From an uncultured Planctomycetota bacterium (GTDB taxonomy: Bacteria; Planctomycetota; Phycisphaerae; Tepidisphaerales; Tepidisphaeraceae): a stretch of 64,000 bases of DNA. Location: the NCBI GenBank assembly GCA_963841915.1, contig CAWJEN010000005.1:1-64000 (forward strand), written 5' to 3'. Positions 30,478 to 41,073 of this stretch are shown here, piece after piece; position 1 is the first letter of the stretch; each line of letters starts with the position of its first letter. Both the position numbers and the translations under genes were made by a program. The notes beneath the pieces are model-generated. The model saw nothing but the letters and a program-made list of their open reading frames with translations, was not told where the DNA came from and searched no databases.

Positions 30478-31900
30478 TCAGGTCGCCGTGGCGATTGGCG
30501 TCTTGACGTCGACGCGCGTGCGTACCTCTTCGTATATCGGAAGCTCGGTTTCAGCTTTGACCTCAAGGGACACGGCGAGGCCATATCGGATACGCACCGG
30601 GCCGCTAACGCCCGCGACTTCACGGCAATTAATCTTCAACTCAATGCTGTCGTCGAGGCCTACAACCACGCTTCGTTCGCCTTCGAGAACCTCGTGCTGG
30701 ACCGTTCCGCGCTTCACGGCGTGGTGATCCACATGCTGTCGGGCGACCTGCAGCCTCGTTGTGGGCGGGGCGAACTCAAGGCGGTAACCGCGGTAGCGTT
30801 GGCGACGCGGATTAATTGGCGTCATCCACGCTAGCGTCAGCGTAAGTCGTCGCCAATCGGATCTGGCGGAGAGTGACGGCGGCAGCGGCACGCGGTAGAT
30901 ATGAGCCTTGTCAGGTGCAAGCTCCGAGGCCGCGAGCAGCGTCGCCCGCTGTTCGGTGCAGCCGATCAGGCGATCGGGCGCGACCACACCGTGGCCGAAG
31001 TGCCGCGTCACTAGTCTCCGCAGCGCCATCTGGTCATTGGCATCCGATGGGAGGAGGTCGCGCAACATTTCGGCTTGCTCTGGCCACGCGGCGGCGTGTA
31101 CAAGCAACGCTTTCACCAAGACCGGGTTATAGTCGGCGGGCAAGGCGTTTGCGTCCGAGGCCATGGTAAGTTTGCGGACCTCGTGCAGTACCTGCGCGGA
31201 TCGGCGGCTTGCCATAGCCGTCGCGCCGCTTGAGCCTCGAACGTGCTCGTTTTTCGAGAAGCCGCCACCCTTGGCTGGTGAGGCAACCCGATGACCAGGT
31301 CCGAGTTGACGGCTTCGGAAGGACTCAAAAGACGGCGAAGACGGCGGTCAGCGTCAATCCTTGACAAGAGCAGTCGAGCAAGCTCTTGGGCTGGTGTTCG
31401 GTCCGCTTCCGCGTACGAGAGGTCAAGGACGATGTCATCGGTATGGTTGCCGCAACTGATGAGGATGAGGACGTTCCACTTCCACGCTGCCCAGTCGATG
31501 AACCTCGCCCACGAGCTCATCCTGTGGAGAAAAGGCTGGGCTCGATCTCCGACGGAAAGGTTGACGATCTTCACGCCCGGCGCGGTCGGTGCCTGCCCTG
31601 CCTCGCCCTCAAACATCCGAACAAACACCCGGTGCATCAGGTCCACCGCCAGTTCGTCGTCGGCCATGAACTCGTCGCCGTCACCGCCGAACGGTCGCAG
31701 GATCGGCCGCAAATAGAGCGGGGATTCCAGCGGCATCTCACCCGCGTCGAGTCCGCCGTGAAGAATCAACGATGCCATCGCCGTCCCGTGCCGGAGGGCC
31801 TCTACCTGGGCCATGCTCGCGACGCCGTCCGGGTCGTCGACGATCAGACGGTTTCGCAGCAGCGGGTGGTTTGCAACGGCTACAGCAGGAACGGCAGATC
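30478..31900 (-). pseudogene. S8 subtilase (IetS-like) remnant: N-terminus lost, internal deletions
   Basis: NHPLL..IVDDPD, HGTAMASLILHG, IVNLSVG, ISCGN, LLSPSEAVN joined straight to DLV, KALLVH, GHG, LTLAW. Confidence 0.8.
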
Positions 31901-32410
31901 ACCCATCGACTGGACTCTTTTCCTTACGGCCTCGACTCGTGCCGGACTTGCGGTTACGCCACTGTTTGAGGCGCTGGCCAACGATCGACCGCACATCCTG
32001 CCCCGGCATGGTCAGAACCCGCCGGCGGGCGACGTCCAGCCCAAACTCCTCCAGTTCCGCGTAGCTCGCCCCGTGCAGCACGTCGGCGAGCCGCCTTGGG
32101 CTGTAGTCGAAGCTGAAGCCGAGTCGCTCCTCCGCCAGCTGCACCCACCGTTCAACCTGCGCCCGCGAGGGGGCCGGCAGGTCCAGCCGCACTTGGAAGC
32201 GCCGCCATACCGCCCGATCTAACAACTCGGGGTGATTGGTCGCCGTGATGAGGATCACGTAGCTCGGCAGCGCATCAACCCCGAGCAATAGTGAACTGAC
32301 CACACGTTTGATCTCGCCCGTTTCGTGTGTGTCGCCCCGCTCTTTGCCGATTGTGTCAAACTCGTCGAGAAACAACACGCACGGCCGGGTGCGGACGTAG
32401 TCGAAGACGC
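31899..32410 (-). pseudogene. AAA+ ATPase (IetA-like) C-terminal half; Walker A missing
   Basis: VFDYVRTRPCVLFLDEFDTIGKERGD..ETGEIKRVVSSLL...ATNHPELLDRAVWRRF. Confidence 0.85.
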
Positions 32411-32560
32411 CGCCGCCGGGCACCGCCGGATCGGCTTCTGTATCAACCGCTACGTCGGCCAATGGATGCTCGACCGCCACTCGACCTACGAGGCGTGGTG
32501 CGAGGAGCATGACATCGTGCCAGAGACACTCTGGTATGACACTAGTTTCGATAAGCTGAT
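32410..32560 (+). pseudogene. Internal fragment of a LacI/GntR-type sugar-binding domain
   Basis: AGHRRIGFCINR...; no start and no complete domain. Confidence 0.4.
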
Positions 32561-32742
32561 CTCGGATCCCGTCTGCTGGCGTCCCCAACGTGGTCCTGAG
32601 CGAGCTGCGCTTCACGCCCGTCCCGGAACCGACAGGCATGCTCGGCGCGGGCGTGATGGGCCTGGCCCTCACGCTCCGCCGGCGTCGTGCGCGATCTTCG
32701 TTCGCGACTTTCGAGTCTCGCACCCGTGTGTCGCCGGCTTGA
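32560..32742 (+). pseudogene. Orphan PEP-CTERM sorting tail
   Basis: Frame from 32581 reads VPNVVLSELRFTPVPEPTGMLGAGVMGLALTLRRRR; in-frame TGA at 32557 immediately upstream. Confidence 0.8.
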
Positions 32743-32808
32743 CGGTCGCCGACATGCTTTTCGGATCGGGCGTTGGCCCACCCTTCTCGTCCTGCCGAGG
32801 AGGTAGCT

Positions 32809-33735
32809 ATGGCTGTTTCAAAGTTCCGCCGCACAAGGGGCTTCACGCTCGTTGAGCTGCTTGTCGTTATCGGCATCATCGCGCTGTTGATCTCGATTCT
32901 CTTGCCAACGCTGTCGCGAGCGCAGGCGTCGGCCCGTGCCGTCGCGTGTGCCAGCAACCAGCGACAGGTGGTGTTGGCATCGAATATTTACGCCGGTGAC
33001 AACGGGCAGGTCTTGCCACCGGGCTCGAGCACCTCGGGCACCGGCGACTGGGCCCCCTTCTGGTACGACTTCATTATGGAGTACGTTGGCGAGAAGGTTC
33101 CTGATGCCTTCTCGGGTGGCGCATTCGACGCTAAGGAGTACGGCGAGGCCTTCGTCTGCGGCAGTGCGACGATCGAAGCTGGCTATATGCACTACAATGT
33201 CCACCCGCGCCTCATGCCGCCGCAACCGCCCGCCGGATCAGTTGCCAGCCCGCCGGCCACGGGCAATGCTTTGACGGGCAAGGCGTTCAAGCCCTTCAAG
33301 CTCGCTCAGATCCCCGAGAGCAGCGAGATCCTTTTCGTCGCTGACGCCCGGCAGTTCGATGCTCCCAACGTCGACGGCGGTCGGGTTCATGGGAACGCTC
33401 CCTCGTTCATGGGTGCCTTTGCGAACAACGGCATCTACTCGCACAAGTTCGTCAGGTCGCCCGGCGGGAGTGCCACGGCCGGAGCGGTCTCCTCAACCTC
33501 GCTGCCGCTGTTCGGCATCGGTAACCGTGACCTTTCCGCCGCCGCGGGCGAGTGGGGAAATGGTGACCTGCGGTTCCGCCACAAAGACAACAACTCCATC
33601 AATGTCGGCTTCGCTGACGGACACGTTGAGGCTTTCGGTCTCGGCGAGAACTCCGACTTCTGGGACAGCAACACGGAGGACGTAGACGCCGGCGAGCTGA
33701 CGTTCCGCAACGTGATGTTGATCGACCAGTACTAA
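32809..33735 (+). CDS. Prepilin-type N-terminal / H-X9-DG (DUF1559-like) protein
   Basis: GFTLVELLVVIGIIALLISILLP, CASNQRQ, RHKDNNSINVGFADGH; gaggagg RBS. Confidence 0.93.
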   Translation: MAVSKFRRTRGFTLVELLVVIGIIALLISILLPTLSRAQASARAVACASNQRQVVLASNIYAGDNGQVLPPGSSTSGTGDWAPFWYDFIMEYVGEKVPDAFSGGAFDAKEYGEAFVCGSATIEAGYMHYNVHPRLMPPQPPAGSVASPPATGNALTGKAFKPFKLAQIPESSEILFVADARQFDAPNVDGGRVHGNAPSFMGAFANNGIYSHKFVRSPGGSATAGAVSSTSLPLFGIGNRDLSAAAGEWGNGDLRFRHKDNNSINVGFADGHVEAFGLGENSDFWDSNTEDVDAGELTFRNVMLIDQY

Positions 33736-33763
33736 GTATTCGCACCGAAAGGCTGAAAAAGCG

Positions 33764-36379
33764 ATGTTTGCACGCCCCCTTGCCGCCGCTGTTGCCCTGG
33801 CCAGTCTGTTGCTTCCCACGACTCCCGCTGTGGCACAGCACTCGCCCGTTGAGGACGATTGGTTCGAGTTCCACATTCCAACGCTTGCCGATGCGGCGAC
33901 GACGGGAGACGCAATCGACCTCTCGCACCTGAACGCCTCCCCCGCCGGGGCCAACGGACGCATTCGAAGCGACGGTGAGGGCCGGCTGATCGACGGCGCG
34001 GGAAACGTCGTGCGACTCTTCGGCACGAACATCTGCGACTTCCACGTCATGCCGCCGCCGGAGATTGCTCCGCGACTTGCTGATCGACTCGCGCAGCTCG
34101 GCATCAACTTCGTCCGGCTGCACTACTTCGATTGGGCCGAAGCGCCAGAAGGCATTATGGCCGCGGATGGGTCGGGGCTTGACGCAGGGCAGCTCGATCG
34201 ACTGCATCACCTCGTTGCGGAACTGAAACGGGCCGGCATCTACGTCGACATCAACCTGCACGTCGCCCGGCGGATTCCGGGCACGCCGGAGGCTTGGGAC
34301 AACCCGATGTCGAAAGGCATCGACCGCGCGATGCGGTCGCTCATCGAGGACCAGAAGCAGTTCGCCCGCGACCTGCTCACGCCTGTCAACCCGCACACAG
34401 GCCTGCCGCTCTCTACCGACCCGGCTGTCGTCGCCGTCGAGATCAACAACTAGAACTCACTGATGCAGGGCTGGTGGGAACGGCTGGGCACGCTCTCGCC
34501 CGACCAAGCCGCCCCGCTGCAACAGCGTTGGAACGACTGGCTGATCGACAAGTACGAGACGACTGACGGCTTGCGCAACGTCTGGGATGCCAACGTCCGG
34601 GCGGATGGCGTTCAAGTCTTCAAAGCGAACGACTTCACCGAGCAGCGGCATCTGTGGGATGTGCAGGACGTCGGTGCCGGCGACTCGTCGATCGATGTCG
34701 ACGGCAAGACGCTGACGTGGGCAGCCAAGAGGCCCGGAGCCGATCCGTGGTCGCTGCAGCTGCACCGTTATTCCATTCCGGTGGAAGACGGTTCGACCTA
34801 TACCTTGCGGCTTCGCATCAGGCGGACCGCCGGCGATGCTGCGACGCTGAAGATTCGGCTGATGCACATGCAGGACCCGTGGCAGGATGTGGCGGCGCAG
34901 ACGGAGGTCGGCTTGACCGATGCATGGCAGGACGTGGTCATCTCGCTTGCCGTCACGAACCCGAATGACGTTCCGGTGCGGCTGAGTTTCGACCTTGACA
35001 ACGAGGCGGCGACGCTGGAGATGTCGTCGCTCTCGCTGGGCCAAGGTGATGTTCGAGGCGTTGCCGCCGATGCGTCGCTGGAGGAAGCAACAGTGTCAAT
35101 GCCATTGCCCGGCGGCTCGCACCGTGCTCTGGCGGACTTTCGCCGGTTTTGCACGGGTCTGGAGCTGGCCTACACCGAAGAGATGGTTCAGTTCCTTCGC
35201 AAGGATTTGGGGGTGGAGGCGTTGATCTTCGACACGCAGCTCAATTATGGCGGTGCCGTCGGTCTCGTCCGCGAGCGAACGTTCAGCGACGTCAATGACC
35301 TACTCGGCTACCCCGCTCATCCGGCCGACATAATGAAACCCGGCGGCGAGCGGACGTGGCAGGTGATCCCGAAGTTGTTCGTCGGCGAGGGCTTCAACGA
35401 TCTGCCGTGGAGCGCTCAGTGGCAGGCACCGGATCTGCCGATGTTCCTGACGGAGTACGACCTCAACCCGCCGTCGCCTTACAGCAGCGAAATCTTCCTG
35501 ATGTTGGCGCTTTTCGGGCCGTACCAAGACTTCGACGCGCTCGGCGAGTACGCGTGGCTCAACTTTCAGGAGAGCTATGAACCCGACACTGGCTCACATC
35601 CTTATCACACCAGCGGGATGATGCAGCAGGTAGCTTTCGCGCCGACGGCTGCGTTGCTCTATCGCCAAGCTCGCGTCCGAACTGCCGAGCAATCAGCGAC
35701 GCTGACGGTGTATGCCGATGACATGCTTGAGGGCGACATCGGGTGGTCGCCGCTCGAACCGGTTTGGAAGTCGCTCGGCTTCGACGTCGATCAGGGTTGG
35801 CGACAAAAGCTTGTGACACAACTCGAGCCGGGAACCGGCACGCCCTCTGTAGAAGGAGAGCCCGTCACCGGCGATGCCGCTCACGTTGTGAGCGACACGG
35901 GTGAAATCTCCTTCGATCGATCCAAGCCCCGTGCGGAATACCTGACGGTTGACACGCCGTCCTGCAAGCTCGCCATCGGCCATACGCTCGGCGTAGATCT
36001 TGATTGGGGTGATGTCGACGTCGTAGTCCATCATGGCGGCGGGCCGGACGGGAATTACGCCAATGCTTCACTCATCAGTCTTGATGACGAGCCGATCAAC
36101 GAAAGCCGGAGCCTGCTGCTGACCGTTGTCGCGACCGGCTACGGCGAGGGTTGGGACTTTCTCGATGAAGGGTTAACGCAGGTCCGCATGCTTCCGGGCC
36201 CGATGCGCATGGAGCCCGTCGACCTGATGCTTTCGCTGCCGAGGGACGGATGGAAGCTCACGCCGCTCGATCCGAACGGCCAGCCGCTCAAGTCAATCGC
36301 TGACGAGACCGCCAGCGACGACCAATCGAGGTTCAATACCGGCGGCCACTCGACAGTCTGGTTTCACCTGACACGCTGA
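33764..36379 (+). pseudogene. Secreted clan-A (GH5-like) glycoside hydrolase with CBM, interrupted by in-frame TAG at 34451
   Basis: RLFGTN, GINFVRLH, GIYVDINLHV, VNPHTG, EINN*NS; the frame continues through FLTEY to 36379. Confidence 0.82.
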
Positions 36380-36445
36380 TTTCTTCCCTCTCCAGGTTAG
36401 CGGTGAGGAGCCGCTAGGCGGAAGGTTCATCAATTGGAGGACACC

Positions 36446-37312
36446 ATGTCCGCATCGATCGTAGAACGGCTCGAAAACCGCCGGCTGCTTACCACGTGGT
36501 ATGTTGCCCCGTGGGGCGACGACAGCCATGCCGGAACGAACATCAATCAACCCTTGGCGACGCTTGAGGGCGTCGGCTACCAGGCGGGGCCAGGCGACCA
36601 GATTCTGCTTCGCGGCGGAACGTATCAATGGGACAACAGTCAGTGGTTCGGTGCCGAGGGAAGCGCCATCAACTGGATCACCATCGACAACTACGGTAAC
36701 GAACAGGTCATTCTCGACGGCAGCAACATGGTCGTCCCGGCCTCAGATCCCGGTCAGAGTCACGTCATCGTGATCGACGGAAAATACGTCGAGATTCGCG
36801 ATATGGAGATCAGGAACAGCCCGGAGGACGGCGTTGCGATCTGGGAAGCTCATGACGTGCGAGTTCGCAACATGTATTTCCACCACAACGGTGGCTCTGG
36901 CGTCAGTGCCCGATCCGCACCTTTCTCGTTTGAGACCTACAACGTTCTGATCGAGAACAACGTGGTCTACCGCAACATTCAAGCGAACTCTGATACCGCG
37001 GGGGATGTCGTGTGGGGCGGTGCGATCATATCGCATTACGCAGACAACGTCATCATCCGGAACAATACCGTGCACGAGAACTTCGGCGAGGGAATCATCC
37101 AGGTCGTAAGCACTGGCGGCAGTGTGATCGGCAACGACGTTCGCGACAATTTCTCCGTCAACATCTACCTGGATAATGCGGTCGACGTGACGGTGGAAAA
37201 CAATTTTGCTCATCACACGTTTATGAGTGAGTTCCTCCGCTTCGACAAGCCGGCAACTGTCGTCACGCGTCGGGCTACGAGAGCCCTGTCACCCCACCCC
37301 GGCCGCACGTGA
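36446..37312 (+). CDS. LExRRLL-leader right-handed beta-helix protein, probably 3'-truncated
   Basis: ERLENRRLL, YVAPWGDD..G, GDQILLRGGTY, beta-helix repeats, then an abrupt unrelated tail. Confidence 0.8.
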   Translation: MSASIVERLENRRLLTTWYVAPWGDDSHAGTNINQPLATLEGVGYQAGPGDQILLRGGTYQWDNSQWFGAEGSAINWITIDNYGNEQVILDGSNMVVPASDPGQSHVIVIDGKYVEIRDMEIRNSPEDGVAIWEAHDVRVRNMYFHHNGGSGVSARSAPFSFETYNVLIENNVVYRNIQANSDTAGDVVWGGAIISHYADNVIIRNNTVHENFGEGIIQVVSTGGSVIGNDVRDNFSVNIYLDNAVDVTVENNFAHHTFMSEFLRFDKPATVVTRRATRALSPHPGRT

Positions 37313-37329
37313 TCGTGCGGCCGTTCTCT

Positions 37330-39150
37330 TTAGACGGTAATGAGTTGGCCGGCCGCGTCGCGTTCAAGCTGGACATGCGCCTCGTCCAACTCAGTGTCAG
37401 CGATGACCAAGCGGTGCAGCGTGTCGCCTGACCAGACGAGCAAAGCTGCTCCTTTGGTGCCGGGACGACGAAGTGTCACGCGCCACGTCTCGCCGTCCCG
37501 GCGGACGTCCCGCACGGTGATCGGCGGGCACAGTGCATCGGACCAGCCGATCACCGCCACGCCGTCGACGAGCGTTACGACGCACGCCAACTCCCAGCGT
37601 TCAGCCAACATGTCCGGCAACTCACTAGCGGCGTAGGCGGCGTCAGCGCGACTCAGGTAGACGACCGCCTCGCCCGCGTTTGGTAGATCGGACGCCGTCA
37701 GCGTCGCCGGGCCGTCGCCGAAGAGGAACGTGCCGAGCGTCACGCTCCGGTGCTCCCCACGCTCGTGGCTGTTGCGAACCAGGGTGCGGCCTGCACCAAA
37801 ATCTGCAGCTTCGGCCGGTCCGTCAAACCGAAGTGCGCGGCCCGCGCCGTCGATCAGGCGTCGGATCAGCGGCAGGTCGCTTCTGCCGGGCTCGTCGCTG
37901 ACGTAGATCGGCCCGCCGCTGATGGCACGCGCCGCAGCGTGGAACGGTGCCCACTCGTGGCGGCTGTAGAACATGTCCCAATCCGGCAGCGCAAAGCCGC
38001 TCGTCCACGCCGCGGCGGCGGCGTTGTCGCGGACGTGCTTCGTGTGCGACTCAGGCTTCTTGGGAAAGTAGTCATTGCTGTTGCGAAATGCCGCGACCGC
38101 ACCGCCGACATCGGGCGCACAGGCGGCCGCATTCGTCATCGACATGCACGGCAATAGCGAGCCGGCACCAAAGTGCTTCGCGGCGGCATCCCGGCAGGCT
38201 TTGTGGTATGCAGCGGTCACCGCGTGCTCGTCGGCTGCATCGCAGAACTCCGGCAGCGACCCGCCGTTGTCGACCTTGACGAAGTCGACGCCCGCCGCGG
38301 CGAGTTGCGCGTACCAGTCGTCATAGAACCGCCCGACGTCGGCCGCGTCCACCAGTCCGCGCAACGACGTATGCGGCAGCGTCGGCTGGCCGATGTCGCG
38401 GGCATCGCGACGGAGCACGGTGTACGCTTCGGCCAGCGGGCCGTCCGGATCGACGCCGCACCAATAGCCCATGAGCGTGTGCCAGACACCGAACTTCCGC
38501 ACGCCCAGCCGCTTGCACTCCGCTACGAGCGGCGCGAGGCCGTCGGGGAACTTTGCGTTGGCGTCAAAGCTGCTTAAAAAGCCGTTCGGATTGACGTCCG
38601 CCGCACACTCGGCATCGTCGACGTAGCGGGCGTCGAGCCAGCCGTCGTCGAGGATGAGCGTGCCCGGCACGAGTCCTACGTCGACCCAGCGGCGTAGCCC
38701 GTCGAGCACGCCTTCAGCGCTGACGCTTTGGTAGAACGCGTCCCACGTGCACCAGCCGAGTTGGTCGTACCAGCCGTCATCGGCAACCTGTCGTCGCCAT
38801 CCGGCTGCCTCGGCGGCGAGCTTCAACGCCGCCGCTACATCGTCGGCCGCGGCAACGACTGCGCCAGGATCGACGCCATCGTGCGTCAGCGCCCATCGAC
38901 CATCGTCGGCCCGCAGCATCGCTCGGCCCCGCTCATCGGCCAACGGCAACACGACCGCGACGCTGCCGTCATCCTGCCGCCACGCTGCCATCACCGCTTC
39001 GCCTTCGGCCGACCCGCTTTGAAACGCGATCCACCACGCATGCTCCCGCCACAGCACGAGCTCGGCGGCGTCGAATCGGTCGAATTCCCCGCAATGAATG
39101 CGGCGGCTGGCGTTGAGCGGCAGAATCGGCATCGGTGTCATCGTTTTCAA
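37330..39150 (-). CDS. Sip1/raffinose-synthase-related alpha-galactosidase (GH36)
   Basis: GWCTWDAFY, ILDDGW, VWHTLMGYW, GVDFVKVD, PDWDMF, HAAARAISGGPIYVSD. Confidence 0.92.
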   Translation of the reverse strand: MKTMTPMPILPLNASRRIHCGEFDRFDAAELVLWREHAWWIAFQSGSAEGEAVMAAWRQDDGSVAVVLPLADERGRAMLRADDGRWALTHDGVDPGAVVAAADDVAAALKLAAEAAGWRRQVADDGWYDQLGWCTWDAFYQSVSAEGVLDGLRRWVDVGLVPGTLILDDGWLDARYVDDAECAADVNPNGFLSSFDANAKFPDGLAPLVAECKRLGVRKFGVWHTLMGYWCGVDPDGPLAEAYTVLRRDARDIGQPTLPHTSLRGLVDAADVGRFYDDWYAQLAAAGVDFVKVDNGGSLPEFCDAADEHAVTAAYHKACRDAAAKHFGAGSLLPCMSMTNAAACAPDVGGAVAAFRNSNDYFPKKPESHTKHVRDNAAAAAWTSGFALPDWDMFYSRHEWAPFHAAARAISGGPIYVSDEPGRSDLPLIRRLIDGAGRALRFDGPAEAADFGAGRTLVRNSHERGEHRSVTLGTFLFGDGPATLTASDLPNAGEAVVYLSRADAAYAASELPDMLAERWELACVVTLVDGVAVIGWSDALCPPITVRDVRRDGETWRVTLRRPGTKGAALLVWSGDTLHRLVIADTELDEAHVQLERDAAGQLITV

Positions 39151-39770
39151 TTACTTCGTTCATCGACGTGGCCCGCTTCGCCGAAGCAGCGGCGGGCGAT
39201 CTCGCCCAGCGTAAGCGTCTGCGCCCATCGTTCGCACAGCTCCAAACGTCCCCCGTCGCGATCGGGTAGCGTGGCCGCATATCCCAACGACGGCGGGCCC
39301 AGTTCCGGTGCGAACGGCAGTGTTGCTCCGGGCGCTGCATCGCGAAGCCACCCTCGCATCGCTTCTCGCCAGAGCCACGAGAAGTTCTCGGTGTGCGGGT
39401 CGGTCGCCGGGTCGTCGAGGTCCGACTGCATGCGTTGGCCGTCGCTGACGCGGCCATGCAGGAAGCTGCAGCGGGCGAGGATCGGCGCGAGGTCGTGCCG
39501 CGTCGTCTCGAACCCGCGGTAGCCCATTTCGTGGCCACAGTAGTAGTGGCTGAAATCTCCGTTGAAGCGAATGTTGGGCCACCGTTCGATGAGCTTGCGA
39601 GTCCGCAAAACATCTTGCGTCAGCGTCGCGCGGTGCGTCTCGAAGTAGATCGGCACGTCGTACCGCGCGGACGCTTCCAGCACGGCATCCACCAGCGCGT
39701 CGACGGCGTCATCTTCCTCGTTGCCCCAGCCGGCATGAACCGTCGCACAGTCCGCGCCAGCATCCACCAG
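39147..39770 (-). pseudogene. TIM-barrel (xylose isomerase-like) protein lacking its N-terminus
   Basis: TVHAGWG, IYFETHRATLTQD, FNGDFSH, HGRV, FAPEL. Confidence 0.7.
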
Positions 39771-40012
39771 ACGTCGCCGCGTTCGCCGAGAGCGACTTTG
39801 GCTGCATGGACGCGTCGTCTTGCGTCGGCCATGAGCGTGGCGTCGTCCGCCAGCATCGCCCGGCGGACGTCGGAGCGGGCGCGGCCAAGATCCTTCCGAA
39901 GCCCGGCGGCGACGTCGGCAGGCAGATTCGAGTTCGTCGCCCGCCACAGCCGCCCGCGAACGACAATGTAGCGGCCGTCCTTCGTCCGCGCCGGCATCAG
40001 GCATGGTACTTC
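39760..40012 (-). pseudogene. Small conserved hypothetical protein, cut at its C-terminus
   Basis: TKDGRYIVVRGRLWRATN...ARRRVHAAKVALGERGDVWW, then switches into the neighbouring gene. Confidence 0.6.
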
Positions 40013-40037
40013 ACCTCGACGGCATTAGGATGACTGC

Positions 40038-40760
40038 ATGCACCCGCAGCCGCCACGACCGGGCACGCTCGATTATGAGCGGCCGATCCCCAGACGGCCG
40101 GTGAGTCGACCAGCTGGTGTCGCATTGCTGGCGGGCGTGGCGAGTTTGGCGTTAACCGTCTTCATCGCAGGCAGACTCTTTCTGCCCACGTTCGTGATCG
40201 TCCTGCTGGCCATGTTCGGCGTTGCGACCGTAGCGCTCGGCGTGGTCGCCCGCACCCGAATTCGGCGGGATCATCAACGCGGCCGCTGGATGGCGACGAG
40301 CGGGATCGTCATCAGCTTAATCGCCACTTGCCTCGTGCTGCCGGTTCTGTGTCTGCTCGCAAATGCGATGGAACATCATGTCGGTGTCAAGCTTTGTGCG
40401 AGCAACCTTCGCCAGATCGGACAAGCCGTTCGGCTGTACGCGATCAACAACGACCCCGACTTCAGCTACCCGCCGAATCTGGAGGGCGTGGCGGCCAGTG
40501 CTGCACTGCCACCGTCAGGCTTTGTTTGCACGATGGATGAGGTGTCGTCTGCCGCACCGCCGCCCTTTGTACTTGGACAGAATCTAAGCTATGCCTACCT
40601 CGGCGACGGCATGACGGACGAGGCGGGTCCGTCCGTCGTGCTGGGTTATTGCTACGCACATCTGGAAGAGACAGAGGGCACGATGGTGCTGTTCGCCGAC
40701 GGCAGCGTGCGGTACGAGCAGAAGGACGACTTGCCTCCTGAGGTTCAGGCGGCGAAGTAG
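40038..40760 (+). CDS. DUF4190-like membrane protein with H-X-DG type C-terminus
   Basis: LDYE, three TMs, RGRWMATSG, CASNLRQIG, VLFADGSV. Confidence 0.8.
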   Translation: MHPQPPRPGTLDYERPIPRRPVSRPAGVALLAGVASLALTVFIAGRLFLPTFVIVLLAMFGVATVALGVVARTRIRRDHQRGRWMATSGIVISLIATCLVLPVLCLLANAMEHHVGVKLCASNLRQIGQAVRLYAINNDPDFSYPPNLEGVAASAALPPSGFVCTMDEVSSAAPPPFVLGQNLSYAYLGDGMTDEAGPSVVLGYCYAHLEETEGTMVLFADGSVRYEQKDDLPPEVQAAK

Positions 40761-40915
40761 TGCGCAACGGCGGCCGCGGCGGCGCACCAGGTTTCCGGTG
40801 CGCAAGCTTCACGATTTCGTACGACCCGCCGTCGATAAATCACGCCGTTTCACGCGTCCCGCACGTGCAAAATCCCGCACGGCGGACGACCCGCCTACGC
40901 AGATTTCGAGCCGAA

Positions 40916-40931
40916 TGTTCCACGTGGAACA
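40916..40931. other. parS: parS site
   Basis: Perfect palindrome TGTTCCACGTGGAACA, matching the chromosomal ParB-binding consensus. Confidence 0.9.
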
Positions 40932-40982
40932 TCGGCGAGCGCCCGCCGACCCGTTTGGCGGAGCGTGGCGAGGGTCGGCCGA

Positions 40983-40998
40983 TGTTCCACGTGGAACA
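40983..40998. other. parS: parS site
   Basis: TGTTCCACGTGGAACA. Confidence 0.9.
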
Positions 40999-41073
40999 TC
41001 ACCCGCCCGCCGCGTCGCCCAAACCCATTCGGCCGCCGCGGCGCAGCGCCTGGCGGCCGACTAACGTGCGGTC

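Larger units (their letters stand above)
40876..41049 (+). repeat. Double-parS cassette, copy A
   Basis: Homologous to the reverse complement of 62361-62546. Confidence 0.85.

Noticed and set aside
31899..32957. 352-aa minus-strand ORF as an intact AAA ATPase
   Set aside because: Its N-terminal half is antisense to + strand fragments and has no Walker A motif.
34451..34453. Genome-wide TAG reassignment
   Set aside because: TAG terminates ordinary genes here (for example at 2644, 16140, 41730 and 62275).
40916..40998. parS pairs or 21-bp tracts as a CRISPR array
   Set aside because: Repeats are too short or too few, spacing is not CRISPR-like, and no cas genes are present.
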